Position numbers and translations under genes: made by a program | Assembly (NCBI GenBank): GCA_034530615.2 | Contig: JAVRCV020000006.1 | Coordinates: 96,001 to 160,000 of the forward strand | Direction of reading: 5' to 3' | Length of the DNA stretch: 64,000 nt | From: Aulosira sp. ZfuVER01 | GTDB taxonomy: Bacteria > Cyanobacteriota > Cyanobacteriia > Cyanobacteriales > Nostocaceae | Notes under the pieces: model-generated | What the model was told of the DNA's origin: nothing | Database searches by the model: none | What the model saw: the letters and a program-made list of their open reading frames with translations, nothing else | Part shown: piece by piece, positions 1-8,874 of the stretch | Position numbering within the stretch: position 1 is the first letter of the stretch | How the letters are laid out: the number at the start of each line of letters is the position of its first letter

Positions 1-452
1 TCACGTGCTTGTCGATGAAAAGAGCAAACTGTACCAAATACTTCACCTTCAGAAGTTTGCAAAGGTATCCCTAAATATGCTCGATAACCTGGTGCTGGTC
101 TGCCATATTCTGGATTAGTAACAGCATCTTCAACAGCCAATGTTCGCTTAATTTGCATGACTGTAGCAATGAGCCGACCATGTAGTGCATAAACACGAGG
201 TGCATCTTCAGCCATGTCAATACTACTTGCTAAAATAGTTTCAAAACCTTCTTGGCAATAGGTAACAACAGTCCAATCAACTCCTATTAATTCGCTGACT
301 CCGCAGGCAATATTGTGCAAATAGCAGCTCAGTTCACCAGTACGATAGTTCAAAGAGGATAAAAGTTCTATGATCCGTCGCTCACGCTGCCATCTTTGGG
401 TTTGCAACAACATTTGATCTTCACTGGCTTTGCTCATAGATGCCTGTTGCAT
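1..452 (-). CDS. GAF-domain sensor protein (probably a histidine kinase), N-terminal part; runs off the window edge
   Basis: Manual translation from ATG at 452 gives MQQASMSKASEDQ...LAVEDAVTNPEYGRPAPGYRAYLGIPLQTSEGEVFGTVCSFHRQAR, open to position 1. The YLGIPL..GEVFGTVC segment is a GAF signature. Confidence 0.75.
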   Translation of the reverse strand, partial: MQQASMSKASEDQMLLQTQRWQRERRIIELLSSLNYRTGELSCYLHNIACGVSELIGVDWTVVTYCQEGFETILASSIDMAEDAPRVYALHGRLIATVMQIKRTLAVEDAVTNPEYGRPAPGYRAYLGIPLQTSEGEVFGTVCSFHRQAR

Positions 453-881
453 GGTTTAACAAAATAATTTCAAAAAGTTAAATAATAAATTTTCTATTCT
501 AAATAGAAATTTAGAACATCAAGCTAGTAGCTTTTCAAGATAACTTTGATGGTTTCATCAGGTTTTTAGCTCTAAATTCAGTACTAAAATTTTGACGACG
601 AACCTGACAAAGTTGTTATCTGCGCAGTACTAGTTTGATAGAAAGATTTTACTAGAGATATATGCGATTCGTATACAGCATAATTATGAAAATTTACTTA
701 AATAAACTTAAATTGATGCAAGATATGCTGAAACCTTAGATTTTGCTGAGAAATGCCTAAGAAATTTCTCGACAAAATATCAGCTTTAGAGATGTAAATC
801 TTTAGATATGCATAATTTTTTTATTCTTAATTCAAGCAACAATCAATTTAAAGCTCAAGCACAAATAAGGAATTTGTAATT

Positions 882-1406
882 ATGCAATTAAGACATTTAT
901 TAATAGCAAGTACTGCATCGATATTGATGCTTGGTTGTGTTGGTCAAGTTTCTAATAGCCAAGATGTTAAAAGTTCGGGAAATGCTGTTGTTACTAAAGC
1001 ATCGACGCCAGCGACATCTTTAGCCCAGTCAACAAAAGCTCAAAACACCACTGCTATTAAGTCAGGCACATTTTTTTCTGGAGAACATACAACTAAAGGA
1101 ATAGTGCGTATTACTACCAAAGATGGCAAATCTATTCTAGAGCTTGATAAGTCATTTAAAACCTCTACCTCAGGGCCAGACTTAGTAGTAGTTTTGCATC
1201 GTTCAGATAACGTATTGGGTTCAACTCAGCCACCATCCTATTCATTGAAAAAAGGTGATTATGTGGTTCTTGCTCCCTTACAAAAATACAATGGCGCTCA
1301 AAGTTATGCCATTCCTAACAACATTAACCTAGCAGATTATAAATCAGCTGCGATTTGGTGTCGTAAGTTCAATGCTACTTTTGGTGCTGCCAAGTTGAGT
1401 GGTTGA
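882..1406 (+). CDS. DM13-domain lipoprotein
   Basis: Lipobox-like signal (LMLGC); GEHTTKG, GPDLVVVL and IWCRKFNATFGAA motifs typical of DM13. Confidence 0.85.
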   Translation: MQLRHLLIASTASILMLGCVGQVSNSQDVKSSGNAVVTKASTPATSLAQSTKAQNTTAIKSGTFFSGEHTTKGIVRITTKDGKSILELDKSFKTSTSGPDLVVVLHRSDNVLGSTQPPSYSLKKGDYVVLAPLQKYNGAQSYAIPNNINLADYKSAAIWCRKFNATFGAAKLSG

Positions 1407-1581
1407 GGAATGGCAGATGGCAGATGGCAGGAGGCAGAAGGGAAGGAGGATGAGGAGACGCGAGGAAGTGAGAAATAATAAATGAAAAAAGACAAATGAT
1501 TCAACACTTTTTCAAGGTAATAGGAACAATTAAGATGCCTGGATTGAAGACTTCAGGATTAAAAATATCAGGAGAAACTTT

Positions 1582-2379
1582 ATGAAGTTAGAAGGAAAAG
1601 TTGCTTTAGTTACTGGTAGCAGTCAAGGAATTGGACAGGGAATAGTCCTACGTCTTGCTCAAGAAGGGGCGAATGTTGCGATCAACTACCGCTCTCATCC
1701 AGAAGGTGCTGAGGAAACTTTGGCTAAGGTACAGGCGGTTGGCGGTAATTGTCACATGGCGCAGTGTCCAAAATCTCAAGGTTACACTGTGAAGGCAGAT
1801 TTGGGCAGTGTTAATGAGGTACGTCAACTAATTGCCGAAAGCATTCAGCATTTTGGCAAGTTAGATATTTTGGTGAATAATGCAGGAATTGAAAAACACG
1901 CTCCTTTTTGGGAAGTTGCAGAAGCAGATTATGATGCGGTGATGAATGTCAATTTAAAAGGAGTTTTCTTTGCCACTCAAGCTTTTGTTCAACATCTAAT
2001 TGAAACTCAGCGCACTGGCAAAATTATTAATATTAGTTCGGTGCATGAAGAGTTACCATTTCCCAATTTCACGGCTTACTGTGCCAGCAAAGGCGGAATG
2101 AAAATGCTGACTCGCAACTTAGCAGTTGAATTGGGCGCTTTGGGAATAACTATTAATAATGTTGCACCAGGAGCCATAGAAACTCCTATTAATACTAAAC
2201 TGTTAAACAATCCAGAAAAATTGGGGGCACTGTTACAAAATATTCCGCTTGGTCGTTTGGGTCAACCACAAGATGTTGCTTCCTTAGTGGCATTCTTAGC
2301 TTCTGCTGATGCTGACTACATCACAGGTAGCACGTTCTTTGTGGATGGTGGATTGTTGTGGAACTATCAAGAACAGTAG
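1582..2379 (+). CDS. SDR family oxidoreductase (glucose 1-dehydrogenase-like)
   Basis: TGSSQGIG, NNAG, YCASKGG and ISSVHE motifs; SD AGGAG upstream. Confidence 0.9.
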   Translation: MKLEGKVALVTGSSQGIGQGIVLRLAQEGANVAINYRSHPEGAEETLAKVQAVGGNCHMAQCPKSQGYTVKADLGSVNEVRQLIAESIQHFGKLDILVNNAGIEKHAPFWEVAEADYDAVMNVNLKGVFFATQAFVQHLIETQRTGKIINISSVHEELPFPNFTAYCASKGGMKMLTRNLAVELGALGITINNVAPGAIETPINTKLLNNPEKLGALLQNIPLGRLGQPQDVASLVAFLASADADYITGSTFFVDGGLLWNYQEQ

Positions 2380-2392
2380 GGGGAAGAAAACT

Positions 2393-3106
2393 ATGTTAGA
2401 TTCATCTCTATTTATTCCAGTTATCCTGGGTACTCCCCGTAAAGGACGCCAAAGTGAATATGTTGCGAAGTTTATTGTTGAACAGGTTGCCGTACGCGAT
2501 CGCTTACATACCGAACTGATAGATATTAGAAATATAGCGATCGCAACTGATGATGCAGGTGAATCGATCAAAGATCCTCAGTTTGCTGCAACTATGGAAC
2601 GGGCTGATGGATTAATTATTGTTGCACCAGAATACAATCATGGCTATCCTGGTTTGCTCAAGCACGTACTTGATACCTGTCTCAAAGAATACATCCATAA
2701 AGCTGTGGGATTGTGCGGTGTCTCAGCAGGGCCTTTTGGTGGTACAAGGGTTATCCAAAACTTATTACCTGTAATGCGGGAGTTAGGGCTAGTCACAATT
2801 TTTTATGACCTCAACTTTGGCGATGTTCAGAAATTATTTGATGAGTCAGGTAATTTAATCGATAAACCAACCTACATTCGCCGTATGCAAAGGTTTATGG
2901 ACGAGTTAGTTTGGATGTCCACAGTCTTAAAATATGGGCGGGAAGTAGTCAGCTTAGAGAAGCAAGATAATAACCAAGTTAATCTTCATGCCAACAAGCC
3001 TTGTCCGGAGATGGCTACGCGCATGGGTGTAGATGCAATGGAGACTGTACTGCAAGTTGGGCTATGTACTCAGACTGGCAAGGTGGAAGCTACTCCGCTT
3101 AGTTGA
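2393..3106 (+). CDS. NADPH-dependent FMN reductase family protein
   Basis: GTPRKGRQS, PEYNHGYPGLLK and SAGPFGG motifs. Start moved to the ATG at 2393, just after the SDR stop. Confidence 0.85.
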   Translation: MLDSSLFIPVILGTPRKGRQSEYVAKFIVEQVAVRDRLHTELIDIRNIAIATDDAGESIKDPQFAATMERADGLIIVAPEYNHGYPGLLKHVLDTCLKEYIHKAVGLCGVSAGPFGGTRVIQNLLPVMRELGLVTIFYDLNFGDVQKLFDESGNLIDKPTYIRRMQRFMDELVWMSTVLKYGREVVSLEKQDNNQVNLHANKPCPEMATRMGVDAMETVLQVGLCTQTGKVEATPLS

Positions 3107-3163
3107 GCTTTGATTTTGAAACGCAGAGGTGCGCAGAGTTTTAATGAATGAGAGGTAATTAAA

Positions 3164-3661
3164 ATGACAGTCAATCTACAAGGAGTAGTGCAGCAACCAG
3201 GGCAAGGTTCTTCCTATTGGGTGCTGGGAGATTTGTACACTTTTAAGGCAGTGGGTGAAGATACTGGCAAAGCTTATGCTTTAGTTGAGATTACCGTGCA
3301 ACCACAGAGTGGTACACCACCCCATATTCATAATCACGAAAACGAATCTTTTTATATTCAAGAGGGAGAGTTGGAATTTCAGCTTGATGAGCAGATAGTT
3401 GTAGCGACTCCTGGCACTTTTCTCCATTCTCCCAAAGGTCAACTCCACAGGTTTACAAATGTCAGTACAGAACCAGCAAAATTATTGTGTTGGATAACAC
3501 CAGCAGGATTAGAGACATTTTTCATAGAAGTAGGTGTGCCAGCAGGAGAGATAACGCAGTCACCAACGGTTAGCCCCGCGGATATCGAAAAAGTCATAGC
3601 AGCAGCCCCAAGATATGGACTGGAGATTATTCCTCCACCAAGTGAAACGCCCGCAGGCTAG
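3164..3661 (+). CDS. Cupin domain protein (quercetin 2,3-dioxygenase-like)
   Basis: PPHIHNHENESFYIQEGE and PKGQLHRF cupin motifs. Confidence 0.85.
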   Translation: MTVNLQGVVQQPGQGSSYWVLGDLYTFKAVGEDTGKAYALVEITVQPQSGTPPHIHNHENESFYIQEGELEFQLDEQIVVATPGTFLHSPKGQLHRFTNVSTEPAKLLCWITPAGLETFFIEVGVPAGEITQSPTVSPADIEKVIAAAPRYGLEIIPPPSETPAG

Positions 3662-3730
3662 AAGCTCTACCATGACTCACATTTTTGCCTCATCCCGCCC
3701 ACAACAGAAGGCTAATATTAGCTAATGACT

Positions 3731-3755
3731 AAGACACATCATACCCATGTGTCTT
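3731..3755. terminator. Hairpin downstream of the SDR-reductase-cupin operon
   Basis: AAGACACAT-7 nt-ATGTGTCTT is a perfect 9-bp inverted repeat. Confidence 0.4.
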
Positions 3756-3880
3756 ATCATGTCCGTTCAAACGGCCGTCATTGCGATCGGAGGGAAGCAA
3801 TCTCAAAAACCCCGCGATTTCGTCGTTCCACTGGGTTTCACTCGCAATGACATATTAAGGGTAATTTGCTGGACATCATA
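3755..3880. repeat. Nested palindromic element (MITE/REP-like)
   Basis: Outer imperfect IR TATCATGTCC (3755-3764) / GGACATCATA (3871-3880) encloses the perfect IR GTCATTGCGA (3777-3786) / TCGCAATGAC (3842-3851). Confidence 0.6.
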
Positions 3881-4111
3881 TCAAGCACTAAAACCAAGCG
3901 CAGCAAAGGCACAAATGCGTGTCTCTGCTTTGGGAACTTATTGCCACCAAGCTACTCAAATTTATTGTTGGCACTAATTACTGGCTAGCTGCGTCACTTA
4001 GCTGACTCAGCTATATCTGCATCAGTTTTTCTAATGCAATAATTTAGTGTTTGTATTGTGTGGAATGTTATAAATTAACGTCCTCTATTCAGCATAAATA
4101 TTTAGGCAGTA

Positions 4112-6337
4112 ATGGCAACTCTGTTTCATCTCAAAACTATACGGGTTAACGCTTGGTTAGCCAACTTAACATCCATAGTGAAATTGCCTTTGGTGCGTCC
4201 AAGTTGGCGGTTAATTAAGCGCCTGCTCCCATTTCTGTTTGCGATATCATTTGCTACAGTTTTACTGCTGGAAAACCTTACCCCTGCAACGGCTCAACTA
4301 TCCCAGCTACCTCCTCAAGAAATTCGCGGAGTTTGGCTAACTAATAATGATTTTGATATTTTGAGCGATCGCTCTAAACTCCAAGATGCAATTGGGCAAC
4401 TGCGCCGACTGAACTTTAACACTATTTATCCTGTAGTTTGGAATGATGGTTATCCAAAATATCCTAGTGCAGTAGCAAAACAAGCAGGTATTCCTTTTTT
4501 CTTCAAAGGTAAAGAAGGCCACGACATAATTGCAGACATCGTTACTCAAGCCCGTGGTCAAGGAGTACTCGCCATACCTTGGTTTGAGTTTGGTTTTATG
4601 GCTCCCCTCACTTCAGAACTAGCATCAAACCATCCAGATTGGCTGACGCAAAAGCAGGATGGAACCCAAACTTCGATTAGTGCTGCGGGTGAGGTAGCTT
4701 GGCTGAATCCCTTTCACCCAGAAGTGCAAAAGTTTATTACCGATCTCGTCTTAGAAATCATCACCCAATATAACGCTGATGGGATTCAATTTGACGACCA
4801 CATGAGCTTACCGTTTGAATTTGGTTACGACAAGTACACAATTAATTTGTATACTCAAGAAACTGGTAGCCCTCCTCCGCCCAATCCTCACGCCCAAGCA
4901 TGGAAGCAATGGCGAACTGATAAAATCACAGCTTTTATGGTTCAGCTCAACCAAGCTGTGAAAGCCCGAAAACCCAACGCAATTTTCTCTGTTTCTCCCA
5001 ATTACTACGACTTTGCTTACAAATATCAACTCCAAGACTGGCTGAACTGGGTGCGGTTGGGCGTTGTAGACGAGCTTGTTGTCCAACTTTACCGTAACGA
5101 TCTGGACAGTTTTTACAGTAAACTTACAAGCCCAGAAATTATAGAGACACAACAATTAATACCGACTGGTATCGGTATTATGGCAGGGTTGAGAAATCGC
5201 CCAGTTTCTATGCAACAAATTCAGTCTCAAGTACGGGCGGCTAAACAACGCGGTTTAGGTGCCACCTTTTTCTACTACGAAAGCCTTTGGGATTATGCAC
5301 CAGAATCAGTCGCACAGCGACAAGCTGGATTTCTAGAACTTTTTGCTAATCCTGCTGTGCGCGATCCTTCCCAATTTACAGCCCGTAAGCCCAGTTTTAA
5401 TACCATATCAGTTCCTTTATATCTAAAAGGTTCCATTGGTCAACGGGTGCGAGGCTATTTTATGGAGGTAGCCATAGCAGGTGGTCAGCCAAAACGTTTA
5501 TTAATGGATACAGGCTCATCTGGGTTGAGAGTTCCTCAAGAATTTTTAGGTAATGCTCCCATCAAAAGAACTGGTCAAATTATCAAGGAAGTTTTAAATG
5601 ATGGTACTGTCCTGGAAGGAGAGTTAGTTTACACTACTATGCAGATTGGTCTCATCGCCACAGAAGAACCTGTTCCTGTGCAAGTCGTGACTAGTCGCCA
5701 ATGTATTCCCCAAAAACCTAATTGCTCTGCAAAAAGTAGTACATCATTCTCCGGTATTATCGGTGTCAACTATTCTGAAAAAGCTCTTCCCTATAACCCA
5801 TTACGAAAACTACCAGGAAATATCAGTAACGGATTTATCGTGACTGGTAATGGCGGTAGTAAAAATAACGGTAGCCTAATTCTCGGTTTAACAACAAATA
5901 ATCGAGATGGTTTCAAGATGGTTTCCTTAAGTCAACAACCTGCGATTAGTGATATACCCGGTAATCGGTGGGACTCCAGAGTTAACGGAGTTTGTTTAAC
6001 TATTTCTGGGAGTTCTATGAAAAATACCTGTAACGGTAAAATAGTCGCTGATACAGGAACAAGCAGTGGTTTTACTGAAGTTAAGTCTGCTTCGCTGATG
6101 GGTAAACTCAAACCAGGAAGATTACGGACAGAAAATGCTGTGAAGGTGTCAATTCCTGGGGTTTTTGACTATAATTTGGCACCGGGAAATCGTGACGGCT
6201 TTAATTTGTGGAACATCAGTATCTCTGCAAAAGCGGACAATCCTGTGGTTGTGAATAGTGGGATTGCATTTTTTGACAAATACGATGTACTGTTTGACCC
6301 AGTGAATGGACAACAGGGTTTTCGCAGCCGTAGGTGA
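4112..6337 (+). CDS. GH10-like (DUF187/YddW-DigH type) glycoside hydrolase fused to a C-terminal aspartic-protease-like domain
   Basis: EIRGVWL, NFNTIYPVVWN, PWFEFG, WLNPFHPEV and DGIQFDDH motifs; C-terminal LMDTGSSGL and VADTGTSS; hydrophobic N-terminal segment. Confidence 0.85.
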   Translation: MATLFHLKTIRVNAWLANLTSIVKLPLVRPSWRLIKRLLPFLFAISFATVLLLENLTPATAQLSQLPPQEIRGVWLTNNDFDILSDRSKLQDAIGQLRRLNFNTIYPVVWNDGYPKYPSAVAKQAGIPFFFKGKEGHDIIADIVTQARGQGVLAIPWFEFGFMAPLTSELASNHPDWLTQKQDGTQTSISAAGEVAWLNPFHPEVQKFITDLVLEIITQYNADGIQFDDHMSLPFEFGYDKYTINLYTQETGSPPPPNPHAQAWKQWRTDKITAFMVQLNQAVKARKPNAIFSVSPNYYDFAYKYQLQDWLNWVRLGVVDELVVQLYRNDLDSFYSKLTSPEIIETQQLIPTGIGIMAGLRNRPVSMQQIQSQVRAAKQRGLGATFFYYESLWDYAPESVAQRQAGFLELFANPAVRDPSQFTARKPSFNTISVPLYLKGSIGQRVRGYFMEVAIAGGQPKRLLMDTGSSGLRVPQEFLGNAPIKRTGQIIKEVLNDGTVLEGELVYTTMQIGLIATEEPVPVQVVTSRQCIPQKPNCSAKSSTSFSGIIGVNYSEKALPYNPLRKLPGNISNGFIVTGNGGSKNNGSLILGLTTNNRDGFKMVSLSQQPAISDIPGNRWDSRVNGVCLTISGSSMKNTCNGKIVADTGTSSGFTEVKSASLMGKLKPGRLRTENAVKVSIPGVFDYNLAPGNRDGFNLWNISISAKADNPVVVNSGIAFFDKYDVLFDPVNGQQGFRSRR

Positions 6338-6399
6338 AAAATCTTTGCTGCATCTGCGCCAGCAAAAAGCTCTCAAATAGGCAGTGATACAATTATCTC

Positions 6400-6672
6400 A
6401 TGCAGTTTGAGTGGAGCGAGAACAAAGCGGCAAGCAAACTCTCAAAGCATGGGGTCTCATTTGAGGAAGCCAAAACTGTTTTTGACGATCCTTTTTATGT
6501 TGATTTCTACGATCCAGATCATTCTGAAGATGAGGAGCGATACCTTATTGTTGGAGAGTCAAATCGAGGGCGATTGCTGATTGTGTCATATACCGAAAGA
6601 GGAAATTCAATTCGCCTCATTAGTGCTAGAGAAGTGACACGAACCGAGCGACAAGTCTATGAAGAAGGATAA
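6400..6672 (+). CDS. BrnT family toxin (DUF497)
   Basis: MQFEW..K, KHGVSFEEA, HS..EERY, and IRLISAR motifs. Confidence 0.9.
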   Translation: MQFEWSENKAASKLSKHGVSFEEAKTVFDDPFYVDFYDPDHSEDEERYLIVGESNRGRLLIVSYTERGNSIRLISAREVTRTERQVYEEG

Positions 6673-6931
6673 ATCAAAAATGGAAGATGAGCTACGAGCA
6701 GAGTATGACTTGAAAAGCTTACGAGTCAGAAGATTAGGCTCTGGAAGAAAAAGTTTTGGTGGAACTACTGTGCGCTTAGAACCTGATGTTGCACAGATGT
6801 TTCCCAGTGCTGATGCAGTTAATGAAGCGTTATGATTTCTGATCAGAGTGATGCGAGATAATCAAGCATTTGCTCCCATCGCTCAGGCTAACAAGTTGTT
6901 AGAGCAGACTGACGAAAGTCCTCAGGGCTAA
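6659..6931 (+). pseudogene. Antitoxin partner of BrnT with a premature stop
   Basis: Overlaps the toxin end. Reads MKKDKSKMEDELRAEYDL...VRLEPDVAQMFPSADAVNEAL*FLIRVMRDNQ...PQG*, with in-frame TGA at 6833-6835. Confidence 0.75.
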
Positions 6932-7071
6932 GTCTAAGCTTGTTTTTTTATAGTGCGATCGCTCTGGGTTTACTTGAAGAAAAAGGCTACTGCGATCGCA
7001 AAAAAACCTGGAATATGCAATTAACTATAAAATCAAACTAGGTTTATCACAAGAATGCGAGCAATTCTGCT

Positions 7072-7613
7072 ATGAAGACGTTGGCTAAATGGTCTGTAGA
7101 CGACTATCATCGCATGATTGAGGCAGGCATTCTGCGCGGTCGTCATGTGGAATTGCTAGCAGGCGAAATTGTCGAGATGAGTCCAGAAACGCCAATTCAT
7201 TACACCACAGCAAAACGAGGTGCAAAATATTTAGAAGAATTGCTGTCAGGTAAAGCTGATGTTCGTTTCGATGGCCCAATTACACTATCCAACTCCGAAC
7301 CAGAACCTGATATTGCAATTGTTCGACTTCCAGAATTAACCTATAGCGATCGCCATCCTGCACCTGCTGATATATTCTGGATTGTGGAAGTTGCCAACAC
7401 TAGCTTAAAAAAAGACTTGGATCTCAAAGCAGCGATTTATGCAACGGCTGGAATTCCGGAATATTGGGTTTTAGACTTATCTACCAAGCAAATGATTGTG
7501 TTCAGAAACCCTCAACCTGGTAAGTACACTGAAGAATATACTATTGCGTCAGAAGGATTACACCACTAGCTTTCCCAGAAGTTTCAGTTTCTGTAAATGG
7601 GCTTTTCTCCTGA
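7072..7613 (+). pseudogene. Uma2 (DUF820) family endonuclease-like gene with frameshifted C-terminus
   Basis: WSVDDYHRM, EPEPDIAIV, VEVANTSL and GIPEYWVLDL motifs. The ORF stops at 7569, while the typical ending ITPLAFPEVSVSVNGLFS* continues in another frame to 7613. Confidence 0.75.
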
Positions 7614-7894
7614 GAGGATGCGATCGCACTATCGCTTAGAGTTGACTTGAAGAGAACAGGTAGTGCGATCGCCCACGTCTCATCTTTCAAACCATCTGCG
7701 ACTGTTACATCCCAATCACTATCAACTTCAGCAGATGCTTGTCGGTAAGCTTCCTCTAGTTCCCGGTTACGTAGCAATTCTAATGCTTCTTCAATCACTT
7801 GAGAACGAGATTTACATCCTTTATTCAGCTTGTAATTTTCGATAAACGCCACTAAAGACGGTGGTAGAGAAATGGATAGTTTTTCGACATTCAT
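7541..7894 (-). CDS. CopG/ribbon-helix-helix antitoxin whose stop codon and partner toxin were lost
   Basis: MNVEKLSISLP...KSRSQVIEEALELL...WDVTVADGLKDETW, then unrelated read-through after the HIP1 site at 7665-7672. Confidence 0.75.
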   Translation of the reverse strand: MNVEKLSISLPPSLVAFIENYKLNKGCKSRSQVIEEALELLRNRELEEAYRQASAEVDSDWDVTVADGLKDETWAIALPVLFKSTLSDSAIASSQEKSPFTETETSGKASGVILLTQ

Positions 7895-7996
7895 ATTCTT
7901 ACCTATTAGTAGCAAAAATAATTCCTACTAATATAGTAGCTAAATTTTGAATCGCAAAAGTGCGATCGCATAACAAGGGCAAATATCGCTTCTCCT

Positions 7997-8028
7997 GTAG
8001 GGTGCGTTGTCGCAAAATGCAACGCACC
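7997..8028 (+). repeat. GTAG-type REP-like palindrome
   Basis: GTAG followed by GGTGCGTTG (8001-8009) ... CAACGCACC (8020-8028), a perfect 9-bp IR. Confidence 0.65.
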
Positions 8029-8149
8029 ATTAATGACAAAGCATTTTATTACTTACAAGTGTCTAGCTACTTCCTATTAACTTTTATCAAGTTCGATAAC
8101 TTTAAGCGTATTTTGTTAACGTCCCGCATATAACCAGGAGATGCGATCG

Positions 8150-8526
8150 CTACCAATTGATTACCGCTAAAAACGTCACCTTGGCAAATTCCCGATCCGC
8201 AGTTACCAAACTTGCTGAATTTAGGATTGCCATTGCTGCAATTACTGCATCAGGTAATTTCAACCGATACTGCTGCCGAAGTTCAATGATTTTTTCAATC
8301 AACATTACATTACGCACTGTCAAGTCAACAACCTCCACTCGCTGAAGAAACTGTTGAAAAAGCAGGCGATCGGCTTGATTCAATCCAGGAAACGCCAGAA
8401 ATTCGATTTGGCTTATAACAGAAATCCCTATCCAATAGCATTTTGCAGTAGTTGAATGAGTTGAGAATTTCCTTGAAGTAGAGCTACAATCGCATTCGTA
8501 TCCAAGAGGTAGCGATTACCACTCAT
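8150..8526 (-). pseudogene. PIN-domain (VapC) toxin, frameshifted
   Basis: ATG at 8526 gives MSGNRYLLDTNAIVALLQGNSQLIQLLQNA. After a frameshift near 8436 it continues WIGISVISQIEFLAFPG...LKLPDAVIAAMA..LVTADREF..VINW*. Confidence 0.85.
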
Positions 8527-8740
8527 TCCGTAGAGTCCTTTGCATCGCTACCGCATTTCCTTGCCAAGTTAACCGTCCTACCAAGTCAGCAAAATCATAC
8601 TTGGGTTTCTGGTTCTCGTCTGAAGCAACCGGATTTAAAACAACTACTATATCTACTTCAACCGCAGGTAACTGAGTTGGAATGTTCAAATGCAAATACC
8701 CTGATTCATCGGTTTTCGTCGTTAGTTTTAGAACTTCCAT
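8516..8740 (-). CDS. Putative antitoxin upstream of the PIN toxin
   Basis: Small protein ending QRTLRNEW* that overlaps the vapC start, a typical type II TA layout. Start set at MEVLK. Confidence 0.7.
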   Translation of the reverse strand: MEVLKLTTKTDESGYLHLNIPTQLPAVEVDIVVVLNPVASDENQKPKYDFADLVGRLTWQGNAVAMQRTLRNEW

Positions 8741-8874
8741 TACCAAATAAATTACTAAAGCTGATTTTATTTTATATCTACTTTCTATCAAAATTTTAGG
8801 GATGGTTTCGCAACCACCCCTATATTCCCCTCTTATTTAGAATTTACTTGTAGCACCCTTAGTGAAAAATATAA

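Noticed and set aside
3747..3977. 76-aa ORF, plus similar short ORFs (10846-11202, 12886-13167 and many antisense ORFs)
   Set aside because: They overlap repeat elements or lie antisense to well-supported genes and show no recognisable motifs.
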